From Octopus sinensis (lineage: Eukaryota): a stretch of DNA of 64,000 nucleotides. Both the position numbers and the translations under genes were made by a program. Below are positions 12,601 through 25,723 of the stretch, piece by piece (position 1 is the first letter of the stretch; each line of letters opens with the position of its first letter). The stretch covers positions 123,132,001 through 123,196,000 of the forward strand of contig NC_042997.1 of NCBI RefSeq assembly GCF_006345805.1. The letters run 5' to 3'. The notes below the pieces were generated by a model. The model saw only the letters and a program-made list of their open reading frames with translations, was not told where the DNA came from and searched no databases.

Positions 12601-14393
12601 GGCTTATATTTTGGTGGGTTTTTTTTTAGATTTGTTATGGTTATGCGTCTCGTAATGGTGATAAATAGGACACTGGATATGATTTGAATGACTTCTTGTG
12701 ATTTTGGAAGCTAAATGTGCAAAGCAGAGCGCGATATCCCGTGATGGTACATGTTACTTTTAATACAAATAATTCATATCCTAGATTGATCCTGTTCAAC
12801 TGTATTTTATGTGCATTGAATTCACTTTAATGATAAAGTATAAAGCATATAATTTTTTTATAGTTTGGTATTGTAATCAGGTGTGACAGTTGGTAAAGCT
12901 ATGTAGTTAGCTTGTATCTTGAATACTGAAGATTAATATTAAAATATTTAGTGGCGGGAGCAATTAACGTCTTCAAATAGAAAAATAAATGCTTTTGACT
13001 AATATAATTTTAACTATTTCTCAAGTACGTAAAAATCCAGGCGTAGAATGACACGGAAACTAAAGCGTACTTATCAAAGCTATGATAATGAATTCACTAA
13101 ATAAGCGTTCAGTATTGAATTTTAGATGCTGTAGTAAAGTACTATTGCTGAGAAAATAATAACAAAGGTTTCAAGTCAAGGAAATACAAAAGTGGAAGAT
13201 TGAGTATTTTTTAATCATAGAAGATAAAACTTCATAGAAGTCACGTATCTCATCATGGAATATTGAATTTGTATAATGTTGTTCTATTAGTGACTGAATG
13301 TAATTCATGTTGTGTGAGGCGTACCTGATTGAACATATTTCAAGTCTTTGTTACAGAATGTGGTTCACAGACGAACTACAGGAGTAATCCTGTGTTAGTC
13401 ACATATGATAACTTACTGAAAAATGCCGATGTTCGAATTTTTTGTGATTATGATTTGACCAAAAAAAACATATTTATAACAGTAATTATAAAATTTACAA
13501 TTCTCAGAACTGACACAAGTATGTCTACGTATCTCAAACATGGAGTTACTCGTTAAAACTAGTTAATACAAGGACAAAAATCTTCTAAGTAATTCTAGTT
13601 TATGCGCTAACTACCCAATTACAAAATGTTGTCAAAGTGAAAATATGTATTTCAACCAAGTATAATTTGAATTCATAACATTTCTAAACTTTTCATAGGA
13701 TTTGACACAAATATTTCTATAAATGTTATATTTGTATTGTCGCTCATACTTTAATAAAATGCAAGTATTCAACTTCGCGTGATGAATATATTTCTAAAGT
13801 AAAATATAACAATGAATATTTAACTTACATTGGTCTACATTAAATTCTTCTATAAGCAGATAGACAAGATTTTATATTCTATTTCATTATAAAATAAATA
13901 AATGCAAGTTTGCAATTCACTGAACGCATTAATATTATTGAACTTTTTTCCTAATTATACTAAACGAAACAGCAGTAGATTTAGTACACAGGAAATGAAT
14001 CATTATAAATTAGGTCTTAATGGTAGCGACATCAACGTAAATAACAATAATAATAAATCTGTCGCCATAGAACAATTTGCATAAATTTAACTATATTTTA
14101 TAATATTGTTTATTCTATGCTGAATTCACTTTATTCATATTCACATTACATTATCATAAATTGTAGCATTAGTTTACGTTTCCATTTTCAGTTATTTTCG
14201 TTTTAAAAAAATTCATGTATTCACTCTTTGTACTTGGTTGTATGTAAGTATACGTACATTTAGTTTTTTTCTCTATTTATATATAGCTATTTGCGTATAA
14301 TATTTTTGTATGTCTTCATACATACGCATCTATTATATTTGCATTCACCACCGTTTCTCGTTGTACAAATACATACACACACACACACACACA

Positions 14394-14465
<72 letters not shown>

Positions 14466-14572
14466 TCTCATATATATATGTGCGTGTAGATTCAGATGAA
14501 TATGATACTTAATTTGAGGCACCAGAATTTTGTATGGCATTATCCATAAAATTTCAAAGTAAGGTGATTAAA

Positions 14573-14692
14573 ATCAAAATAAGCAACAAGGATATCCAGA
14601 GGTAATGCAGTACGATCGTTTCATGCAACTCTGGAGTTGCATGAAACAATCGTACAGGATTAACTTTGGATACCCTTACTGCTTATTTTGAT
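14573..14692. repeat. Short foldback with 59-bp arms, each carrying the 3' half of a hammerhead
   Basis: Arms 14573-14631 and 14634-14692 are inverted around a 2-nt centre. Each reads GAGTTGCAT-GAAAC(G/A)ATCGTAC, the same helix III family as the 40.7-kb HHRs. Confidence 0.8.
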
Positions 14693-15278
14693 CATATATA
14701 TATGTATGTACGTAAGTATGTATATGTTAACGCATATATATACACGCGCACATACACATGCACATAATCACACACACACTCACACACAAACGCATACATA
14801 CACATTCACACACTTGCACGTACACACGTAGAAAACCACATACTCAAGCACTGCAATATTATTTTGATAAAAGCACGAGTTGAGATGAAAAAAGTTTACC
14901 TAATCTATATATGTTAATATATGTATAAAATCTTCCAGATATGTTGTTTGTATGGGTATGTATAAATATTCGCATCTATATATTTAGGGATATTGCACTG
15001 AAGACAGCAAGGGGTTCCACAACACTAATCCAGAAAGCGATCCACAGTTAAACACCTTTTTAAAAAAAATCTTATTTTTCATCTGCCCCATGTAACCTGT
15101 GCTAACAGAGTATGGATGGGGTATTAAGATCAATTTAGCGTCTGTTTCCAGCGTGTTGGTGGTGTTTATCTGCACCCTTCATATAATTATATCATATAAT
15201 TATAAATTAGTATAAATTGTTGCCTGTAAGGTTTTTATTTCCCGCTGGCCATTTGATATCATTAATGTGATTTTATCC

Positions 15279-15440
<162 letters not shown>

Positions 15441-15654
15441 ACAATATCTGTGTGCTTGCTGATAATGGCGTCATTACATATTATATCTAGTGTTTCTTCC
15501 AAGCAAAGGTTACACGCTTTTCAGTATGTATTATGCGTATGTATTCGTATTCTTGACTGAATCATATACTCTGTTTGTATGATTGTGTTTGTGATCGGCC
15601 CAAATTGGGACAGGGAGAGATTTCTCTTGTATATTGCACACTACACAGATAATA

Positions 15655-15688
<34 letters not shown>

Positions 15689-15701
15689 GTGTGTGTGCAT
15701 G

Positions 15702-15750
<49 letters not shown>

Positions 15751-16599
15751 AGCTTAAAAGCCACCCCATCGGGTGGCTTTTGTGCTGGCTCTTGTAGAGG
15801 GCTATTCATTATGCCATGGGCCCAACAATGACACTTCATGCATTGAGCACATATTAAATTCTATTAACCTTCAACAATATTTTTCAAGCAATGAAAAATT
15901 TTCCTCTAAACAATGATATAAGTTATCGACTTGGAACTTATTGTATAGCTGCATGATAAACAACAGTACCACCAGCATCACCACCATAAGTGCCATACAC
16001 ACACCATGTAAACCTCTGACGCCACCACCATCAATGCCTTTGACTTCGCCGCTTTCCCCTCCATCACCGTCACCACTGTCTTTCACATTGATTACTCTCA
16101 CTTCATCCCTCATCCCCACGGCTACAACAACCACCACCACCACCATCATCACCACCTCATCCGCCTCTATCTCAACTACAGCTCATACTATTACCATCGC
16201 TACATTACCATCACAAAATGCTAAACGTGTGTTTATTCAGTATGTTACTTCAGCCTGTTAGTTCTGGAATCACTCCCTCTCTCTTTCATATACCCACACT
16301 TTCTCTCTCCCTCTCTTACCATTACTCCCACTAATATCATCAACACTACTACTTTTAATAAAGACAACATCAACTCTCCCTAAATTTCGTTGTCTCTTTC
16401 TCTCCGTCTCTTTTTCTTCCTCCTCTCTCTCACTCGCCCTGTCTTCGCTACTACTCGTACCGTCTCTATTTCAACTATTACTCTCACCTCAACATGAGCA
16501 ATAGCAGGAATGTTAAGGAATAGTGTGAGAGGGGAGGGGGGCGAAGTGTGACACACTGACACACAGAAATTACTTTTCATTTGTATATATTTACACACA

Positions 16600-16844
16600 C
16601 ATCATCATCATCATCATTCATCATTGTTCGACCGTGGTCGAGACAATGGAATTTACCATGCTACGCCAGACTTCACGGTCCATCATGGCATTACAGAGGT
16701 CCTGTTGCTGGATGCCTGTATCCCTGAAGATTACATCAGGGTAGGAGAGTGTGCGCCCTCTGGTATTGCGAGTAGATGGCTTCCAGAGGAGAAGAGTAGA
16801 AATTGCCTCGTTTTCAGCTCTACAACAATGTCCAGCAAACTGGA

Positions 16845-16848
<4 letters not shown>
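16600..16848 (-). mobile_element. RTE-clade LINE 3' end with (GAT)n tail
   Basis: Reads FAGHCCR...LLLWKP...RGRTLSYPDVIFRDTG...L..AMMDREVW, typical of the RTE ORF C-terminus. A short copy of the same 3' end lies at about 33595-33628. Confidence 0.85.
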
Positions 16849-16934
<86 letters not shown>

Positions 16935-17886
16935 CGTTTATTTATTTTCGTGGGTCCTTAACCTATTATAAAAGAGAAAAACAGACGGTAACTCCTACAG
17001 ACTCGATGCAGCATGAACATTTTTGTGCCTCTTATTATAAGTGTCTGTTTTCTATTACTTCATGTTCAACTTTCGAACATTCTTTTTTCCAGTTTGAAGT
17101 ACTTTCATATCGATCATCTATCGGTAATTGTTAGACTCTCTTCGATTGCGTTCATAATTTCTTACATTATGTATATAAATTTTATATTTACCTTTAGTTT
17201 TTCATTTCTTTTCGCTTTCTCTTCTAGAATGCTAACTTTGAATTTATGCTTATATTACTTCTTTATACATAATCATAAAGCATATTAGTATATTTCGCTT
17301 TCGTGGTGTAAGTCTATAAAAATTAATTTTATGCTATGTAAATTAAGTGTGGTGGCAAAGAAACTGAAAGTATAGGCATGAATTAATCTATAAATAATGT
17401 AGTTAATGTTATATGTATCTATCTATATCGACTTAGATTTCTAATTACCCTACCGTGTTTACTTCGCAGTAATAAAAATGAAATTTTCAACGATGGAAAA
17501 CAAGATCAAATGTCGAAATGTTCCTCAATGAATAATGAGTTTTTTTTTTGTTTTTTTTTACATATTTGAAATATTGCTGAGCTAATCTGTATGTGTATAT
17601 GTGTATATATGTATATATACAAGATAAGGAGTTGGTTTTGCGCCTCGACGCGTGTGTATGTAGGTAGGAGTATTAAATTATATTAACATACCTAATGATG
17701 GTGTGTTATTCCGAAGATTTTCAAGATAATACGATGTAAGATTTATGCAGTATAGTACTGCATTTTATATATAACCCTATGAGTAACTGTGTCGAGGAAC
17801 GTACGTCAGTATTTATATATACTAGAATCAACTTATCAATCTGTACACACTCAGAAGCACGCACAAACGCACGTGTGGGTATACAT

Positions 17887-17922
<36 letters not shown>

Positions 17923-19275
17923 CATCGGGACACATCCTTTTCTTCTGCTTCTTGTGGAAAGGATGCGTCCCGATGGAAAGGCGATCCATTTGCTGTCAAC
18001 ACCCGTTAAAAGGAGGGCTGGGCATGCCGTGGTTGATGATGCGCAGACACGCGCTGAGACTGCGACATCTCCGGCTCTATGTAGACGACGGTGAACAGGT
18101 GTGGTCGCCGTTTGTGAGGCACGCATTCCCGCAACTCGTCTCCATGACCGAACTGCAGTCGTGGATCAAACAGAGGCCGAGGAAGGGCGAATGGCACCGC
18201 GAGTGTCGCGTTGCTCTCAAGCAACTCTGCCGTCCCGGGTCGACCTTGAGTGACTTCAACACAACCAAAGCATTCTATAGGGGATTAGTGGAAGGGAGGT
18301 ACGACGACGATCTCGGGGCAAACCTGGGCGTCGACGAGGAATACCTGACCCGCCTGTTTCAAACGACTTTCGGCCCGGGACCTATGGACAACTTCCAGAG
18401 ATCCCTGGCCTGGCGGTGCTACCGAGAAGCGCTACCCGTTCGCGATAAGCTCTATAGGCATGGCTCGAGAAACACGGGGCCGACCTGCCCGAGATGCGGG
18501 CAGAGCGACGAAACCGCTCTGCACGCAATCGTGCAGTGTCCAGCAATTTCCGACCTGTGGGCTTATGTCGAACGACTGCTGTCACGTGTGGGACGTGTCG
18601 GTTTATCAGCCGAGTCTATCGTTAATATCGTCACGCCTCCTTCCTTCAAACGGGAAGGAAGAGCTATTTTTATCATACTTGTGGCTATGGCGAAAGAATG
18701 TATCTGGTGGACGCGCCTGAAAGGATTAGAGACAAACACTTTCCTCTCTGGTCAATCTCTCATCAACTTCTTCAAGTATCACTTGAAGAGGAAAGTGAGA
18801 GTAGAGAGGCAAGTTTTGTCTAGTGAATGTTTAAAAAAAAGATGGGTGAATGTAGCAAGGATGGCACGTATGAATGACGAAGCCACCTTGACTATGATTC
18901 TATGAACCGTAAAAATTAATACAGAGAGTTGCTTATTTGCCAAAAGAAAATAAAAGAAAGAAATATAACATGTGACTTCATTGACCGAGGTTGCCGTGGT
19001 CTTTTCCGTAGGCTTTTCTTTCCACGGGTAAACCTCACCTGTCCTCCCCTTTACACTTCATATTGACATTTCTGTGATTACGATCCCTATTGATCACCTT
19101 TTTTTCCTCTCCCCTTTTCTTTTTTTTCCCTCTCCCCCCTTTTTTTGTCCTCTTTCTTTCCTTTTACGATCCCTTTTGATCGAAAACCAACCCCTTTTTT
19201 TTTACCCCCAAAAGAAAAGCTCTACCTTGTAATTTGTTCTGTCTGTGTGCAGCCCTGTGTGGCTAATAAAGAAAC
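17923..19275 (+). mobile_element. L1/Tx1-clade LINE, 5'-truncated 3' fragment in a (TA)n tract
   Basis: Uninterrupted ORF 17952-18905 with FLWKG...P.KGGLGMP and the zf-RVT CCHC motif CPRCGQSDETALHAIVQCP. The 3' UTR ends AATAAAGAAAC, and (TA)n lies on both sides. Confidence 0.9.
17952..18905 (+). pseudogene. C-terminal part of an L1/Tx1 ORF2 (post-RT region and CCHC zinc finger)
   Basis: 317-aa ORF in the track. The RT catalytic domain is absent through 5' truncation. Confidence 0.85.
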
Positions 19276-19339
19276 ATATATATATATATATATATATATA
19301 GGTAAAATTTTTTCGTAATGAGATGAAAAAAACAAAGGC

Positions 19340-19700
19340 TGTATACATTGTAGAACGTTTGTAAATAGAATGTCTTACAGCTGTTTCTAGGATATTTATT
19401 ATATCCTTTCATCGGAGATGGTGTGAGAAGATGGTTAAGCAATAGTTAATTTAGATAAGCTACGAAGTAGAGAGGGAGGTGGGGAAATGAAAATAGATGT
19501 GAGATATGCAGTGATATTGTATTTGTTGATCCAATTTTTTAGACAGAATGGTATACATATAAGATTCCAATAGCTTGTGAGTAAAATCCAATAGTATTTA
19601 AAATTGGTCATTCCAAGTATAGAGTTTGTACAAAGCGTTATTGAATCAAGGGTTTTAATCATAGTGACCTAAAAGTAGGGAATGTATTAGCAAGGTCAAA
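19340..19700 (-). mobile_element. Degenerate PLE 3' fragment
   Basis: A weak GIY-YIG C-terminal-like frame (WND..*IL....KLLESYM) lies upstream of an HHR on the same strand. Confidence 0.45.
19373..19418 (-). ncRNA. Minimal hammerhead motif with U4C core change
   Basis: TCT-CCGATGA-A-AGGATAT(AATAA)ATATCCT-A-GAAAC-AGCT-GTA-AGA. Stem II is 7 bp and helix III is the palindrome ACAGCTGT. Confidence 0.7.
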
Positions 19701-20139
19701 TCGAAAACAGGAAGAGAGGAATAAAGAAAGAGAAAACAGAACAAAAAAAGCAAAAAAGAGAAAAGAAAGAGAAGAAAATAAGAAAATGTATAATAAAATA
19801 ATAAAATAATAAAAAAGAAATAAAAAATAAGAAAGAACAAGAAGAGAGTAATGAAGTAAGGGAACCAGTTAGTGGTCAGTCGAGATAATTTGATAGTAGG
19901 AACGGGGAGGTAAGGGTGATAGAGAAAGAAATGTATTAGAGTGTAATAAGAGAGAAGGAATGGGGGTGATAGAGAGAGAGAGGTATAAAAATGAAAGGGT
20001 TGTCAATTATGCAGTTATAGAGTCTAAGTAGGGGTAGTAGTATGGAATGAAGAATTTAGGAATTTGGGTGGTTGGACAGGTCAGTGTTTAGTAGTAGAAG
20101 AAAATATATATGTGAAGATGTATACATATGTATATATTA

Positions 20140-20183
<44 letters not shown>

Positions 20184-20430
20184 CTGTATATGTAAAAGTA
20201 AAAAAATATATATACAAACTGGGACAAGAACGTGAAACACCTAGAAGATATATATATATATAAGCGGGATCAGCCATCTGAATGTGGCTAGGGACAGGGC
20301 GGGGTGGTGGGGGTGTTACTGATGCATTTAGCCCCAGGCGACTATTGACGTCACCAGAAGAGCCGACACAATCACGGTGTCCTTGCTGGCCTGCAAAGGG
20401 AGATCAGCCTCCCCGAAGATACGGATGCTA

Positions 20431-20473
20431 CACACGGACCGGTTTCGACGTAATCGCCTCTCGTCAGCGCATG
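20431..20473 (-). ncRNA. Minimal type I hammerhead, left arm, one stem II mismatch
   Basis: CATGCG-CTGACGA-GAGG(CGATTA)CGTC-GAAA-CCGG-TC-CGTGTG. Confidence 0.8.
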
Positions 20474-20654
20474 GCAAGCACCGTTCTTCGTTGAGGGACT
20501 TCCTGTACAGGCCAGATATATATAGATTTTCACAGTAACCACTTATTTATTATTGTTTTCGAACAGATTTTCTACGCCAGTGCCTGTGGTTACTGTGAAA
20601 ATCTATATATATCTGGCCTGTACAGGAAGTCCCTCAACGAAGAACGGTGCTTGC

Positions 20655-20697
20655 CATGCGCTGACGAGAGGCGATTACCTCGAAACCGGTCCGTGTG
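20655..20697 (+). ncRNA. Minimal type I hammerhead, right arm, fully canonical
   Basis: CATGCG-CTGACGA-GAGG(CGATTA)CCTC-GAAA-CCGG-TC-CGTGTG. Stem I is 6 bp with two G-U pairs, helix III has a palindromic CCGG loop and the site is GUC. Confidence 0.9.
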
Positions 20698-20910
20698 TAG
20701 CATCCGTATCTTCGGGGAGGCTGATCTCCCTTTGCAGGCCAGCAAGGACACCGTGATGGTGTCGGCTCTTCTGGTGACGTCAATAGTCGCCTGGGGCTAA
20801 ATGCATCAGTAACACCCCCACCACCCCGCCCTGTCCCTAGCCACATTCAGATGGCTGATCCCGCTTATATTAAAGAGCAGTTACTGTTTATACCTCGCTC
20901 AGAGATTTAT

Positions 20911-20962
<52 letters not shown>

Positions 20963-21409
20963 TTATACAGATGTTTATACATTTCACTATCTACATATAC
21001 AGCTCTTACTCGTATGCATATGTACACTGCATGTCTGCATGTCTGCATGTCTGCATGTCTCACTGACACCATTACCTCTCATAACCTATATACATGTATA
21101 TGAATATATATGCTAAACTGTGTATATATATTTATGTAAGTGTACCTGTGTGTCTGTGAGTCTGTGTTGGTACAGGTATTGTTATTGTTTCCAGTTCTCT
21201 AACAAATTACTCATTTTACCAAAGCTAACTGGTATAGTAATTTCGTCAATTGATCAATAGACCACTTGAGTAAACGTATCAGTAATGTACCTGTAGTGAC
21301 CGCTACAAACAGATAGAAACCAAATTTGCTATAATAAAGGAAAAATATATTATGACTTTTATTTTTAACTTGTTTCTTATACACACACACACACACAATA
21401 CACACACAC

Positions 21410-21720
21410 ATATTCTTTTATTCTTTTATTTGTTTCCGTCCTTAGAATGCATTCATGCCGGAGCGCCGCCTTTCGTTGAACAAATCGACCCCAGGACTTC
21501 TTCTTTCTAACCCTAAGACTGCTTAGCTGAATGGCTTAGCCGAATGCCTATGTTGCGAATGGCTAAGTTGCGGGAAGGTAGACACACCAGCATCGATTGT
21601 CAAGCGATGATTGTCAAGCATCGATTGTCAAGCGACGGGGTGACAGAGAGGGAGAGAGAGACAGACAAACATATTCTGTGTGTGTGCCTGTGCGTTTGCA
21701 TGTGTGTTTCGATACGCCCA
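21410..21720 (-). mobile_element. SINE family 1, 3' half
   Basis: gccggagcgccgcctttcgttgaacaaatcgaccccaggact... matches the family. Confidence 0.75.
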
Positions 21721-21740
21721 CGTATCTGCTCATTTTAGTA

Positions 21741-22073
21741 AGCGCATGGCTCAGTGGTTAGAGCGTCGGGCCTACGATCGTGAGGTTGTGAGCTCGAATC
21801 CCGGACCGGGCTGCGTGTTGTGTTCTCGAGCAAGACACTTTATTTCACGTTGCTCCAGTTCACTCAGCTGTAGAAATGAGTTGCGACGTCACTGGTGCCA
21901 AGCTGTATCGACCTTTGTCTTTCCCTTGGATAACACTGGTGGCGTGGAGAGGGGAGGCTGGTATGCATGGGCGACTGCTGGTCTTCCATAAACAACCTTG
22001 CCCGGACTTGTGTCTAGGAGGGTAACTTTCTAGGTGCAATCCCATGGTCATTCATGACCGAAGGGGGTCTTTA
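21741..22073 (+). mobile_element. tRNA-derived SINE family 4, apparently full length, CORE-like body
   Basis: A box TGGCTCAGTGG and B box GAGCTCGAATCC, followed by gagcaagacactttatttcacgttgctccagttcactcagctgtagaaatg. Confidence 0.75.
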
Positions 22074-22736
22074 GTCTCCTCTTTAAAGTTAATGCAATCT
22101 AAACTTTCTTTAACAGGTCTTACGCGTTCTCTCTTTCATATACATTGTTTCTTTTATATTTTTTACAGTTTATATTTTTATGTTTACAATTATTTTCTGA
22201 TGACTATATAATATCATCACTATTATATATTATAATTTTTATTCCTACATATTATTAATCTATATGCATATTTATAGGCATAAGTCACGTTTGAATTTAG
22301 TTTTGTAAATTTTTAATTTTTAATCAATTAAATTATGGCTTGCAGAGCAAGGTTCGGTGAATTTATCTGCACACACGCATATTTGTCTGTTAATTACATT
22401 CGTAACTGTTAAAACATTAAAATATTGAAATTGTCATTGAATTATAATAATATTGAATTATAATAAATCCTGACGATTGGGGTTGCAGTTAAGTCATGTT
22501 TCTGTAAAAGACTGAGTGTCTAAGGAACGTTAAACGCACCTCAAGAAACAGGTGTAGAAAAGAAATCTAGAACAGATTAGTAAGTATTAAAATAAAATTC
22601 TATGGTACGGTGTGATGTATATTAGAATTGGATGAATTGCATGGGGACTTCTATCTCTAAATAACATATCGAGAATAATTCATTTTATTTGAATCTCTGT
22701 GACACCGGAATATTCATTTCCCTAATAAATAATATA

Positions 22737-22845
<109 letters not shown>

Positions 22846-24761
22846 ATGCGTGTGTGTGTGTGTATGTGTGTGTGACTTTGTCTGTGTTTGTTTCCCCCAT
22901 CACTTGACAAACTGTGTTAATGTGTTTACGACCTCATAAATTAGCGGTTCAGCCAAGGATACCAGACTGACAAATAAGTCCAAGTGTCGATTTCTTCGAC
23001 TAAAAGGCCGTGTTCCAACATGGCCTCAGTAAAAATGACTGATACAAATAAAAGAATAAAATAATATATATAGATGTGTGTGTGTGTGTGTGTGTGTGTG
23101 AGTGTGTGTTTGTGTAATTAAGTTTCATTTACATTAGGTACTTAAGTTGAGGCACCAAATTAATCCGGTATTGTCCGCACAGCTCCAAGTTACATCAATA
23201 AAAAGCGAATAAGTAACAAGGATACCCGGACATCCTTGTTACCTGGACCAATCTTTGGTCGAAACCTATCTAAGTTTATATACATATATATATATATGTC
23301 CAGAAAGAGAGAGAGGGGAGAAACAGAGACTGAGAGAGAGATGCATACACATCCATATAGTGTGTAGTATTCGTATTTTAGTATTAGGTATATATATATA
23401 CTTCCATGTAATAATGTGGACATATGAATGTTTATGATATGAACTGTTTTTGCGTTAGCACTTTCACAAAAATCCTAAGGTATATTTCAATCACATTTGA
23501 AACCTCAGAACCACCACATATTAACAAGCACTTAAACACATCCATATTTCAGTTTATTGATTTTAAAAATACGATTGTCATTTTATTTCGGTAAACATCT
23601 GCATTACTACTTGAAGGGAAATCATCTGAAATGTCTCAAGATTTTATTAAATCTTGACATAATATTTATTAAAAGTCAATTTTCTTTCCGTATGTAGTAT
23701 CTTAGTATTTTTTCTTCATTCAGACTGTGTTGGAATAAATAAATTTATAAACAAATTATTAAATAAACAGATATGTGTATGTAAATATAGAAATATATCA
23801 ACTGCCTTCTACATATCTACTCCACTAACTATAAGATAATATAGTTTTGCAGCTGCTGAGAACGATGCTATACATATGTCGCTGCTATGGATCTTACTAC
23901 AGCTACTGCTAAAGCTGGCCAGGAATCTCTTGATGCTTCAATTACATTTTCTGTATATATCGCTTCCTGAAGGAAAGGCTAATGCAGCAAGACTAATATA
24001 TAATATTCCGCAGTGTCACACAATTTATAATATATACTTTAGATATGATATTTAAACATGCATTTTACCTTTCTTGTTATAGACGACATTTATAATTTCT
24101 TAGAGACTGATATACGAAATATACACACCAACTAAATCTGCCCTCAGCTTATAATATTCGTAATATGCATCTACCTCTATACGTGTACACATGTCTACGC
24201 ATTCTAATATTAAGATACAAGATGTGTGATTTCATAGGTTTAGGCATTAATTTTCAGGATTTTATATATGCTTATATCATCGGCAGTATTGTTAGTATGA
24301 TTTCCTCTTTATCTAATCATCTTACAGGAAGTTCGATAATTCCATAGTCATACTTCGTGATATACTTTCATTCCATATAAAAATATCTGATTTTTCATAT
24401 AGTACCTTCAATTCAATAACAGTACTAAATACATCTACAGACTACTGTAAACATTATTTTATGCAGAATTAAGGTAGAATGCATATATTATGTCTTGCCT
24501 GAGGCCACTAATTCTTGATGTAGACGTAGCGGTCTGACGCCATGAAATATTGCGTTTATCAGGCTTCGGAATCGGTAAGAACTCCTTCCATCTCTATATC
24601 AGACCTACGCCGATTTTTCGGAGAGAAAGAGAGATGTTGCGAGAGAGAAAGAGGAATGAGTAAAAGAGGGAAAAGAGATAGAGAGAGAGAAAGAGAGAGA
24701 GATTGAGAGAGAGAGAGAGACAGACAGAAAGAAAGAAACTCAGAAAAAATATAGAAAGAAA

Positions 24762-24779
24762 GAAAGAATGAAAGAAGGA

Positions 24780-24850
<71 letters not shown>

Positions 24851-24868
24851 GAAGAAAGGAAGAAAGAG
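24762..24868. repeat. (GAAA)n microsatellite
   Basis: Directly visible. Confidence 0.95.
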
Positions 24869-25723
24869 AATTAAAGAAATAGTATTGAATTTAACCTATC
24901 AAAATATTGAATACAACTCCGTAAAGTTCAAAGGTAAATTTGACCATGGACTGTTTCGAAAGAAGTGTGCAAAACCCGGGAGAAATTGTTTTAACTTATA
25001 ACCAAATGTGTCTACCAATTACAGTGCATTTGTACTTGAATTTAACACGTTCGCACATGGAGTTGATACATTTATTAAAGCAACGACAGCAAAAGCAACA
25101 AAACATTTGCTCTGATGCAGTATCTTCATATGGCAAGCAAAAATGATAATTTAAAGCAATTAAGTTCCTTAATATCACAATAAACTTTGCTCTTGGTAGC
25201 TTCAATGGTTAATGTTTTAAATATTTTAATGTTTTAAATATTCTGATTATTTTGTGCCAGCCATTCAAAATATTATTATAGTGAAAACGTGATAAAAAAA
25301 TGACTAGACGAGATATGTACAGTATATATGTCTATATGAATTACATATTTATTTTCATAAAATGATACTTAACACCTGCCGCGGATCAATTATAATTTTC
25401 AGGTCTCAAACATCAGGGAATGCACTTCAGCTTCAGTAGTTTGCAGTTTTATATATTGGCAATATCCCTCTAGTGCCCCTCTCTCTCCATCTGCATTCGA
25501 AGTAAATCCTCTTTCTTGCCTATTATTTTTGACATATGCAAGTCCTATTTCCTCGGTATTAAGTAACTGTGCAAAAAAAATGTATTTTAACTGTTGTGTT
25601 GGCATCGTAGTTGACGAAATGATACATTTGTTAGATCGTAAGCCCCCTCCCCCAAATGCTTGGGGTAAATTTTACTTTATTCTCATCGATTTGCATTGAA
25701 AGCTCGGCAGCTTTCATTGTATT

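Larger units (their letters stand above)
20258..20870. mobile_element. Foldback element: two inverted 285-bp PLE-type terminal repeats, each with an HHR
   Basis: Arms 20258-20542 and 20586-20870 show 2 mismatches by eye, with a 43-bp spacer. The left end abuts (TA)n. Confidence 0.9.

Noticed and set aside
15756-15781. Rho-independent terminator-like hairpin
   Set aside because: Eukaryotic repeat-rich context with no upstream prokaryotic gene; kept only as an unexplained hairpin.
21741-21815. tRNA gene calls here and at 25945-26016, 35738-35805 and 57945-58020
   Set aside because: A/B boxes are present, but acceptor stems do not close and the sequences run into SINE bodies.
24520-24580. Possible first coding exon GCCATG...MKYCVYQASES|GTAAGA
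   Set aside because: Only 11 codons, with no recognisable homology or partner exon. Similar isolated splice-like islands near 8900, 12540, 32240, 40420 and 42100 were also left uncalled.
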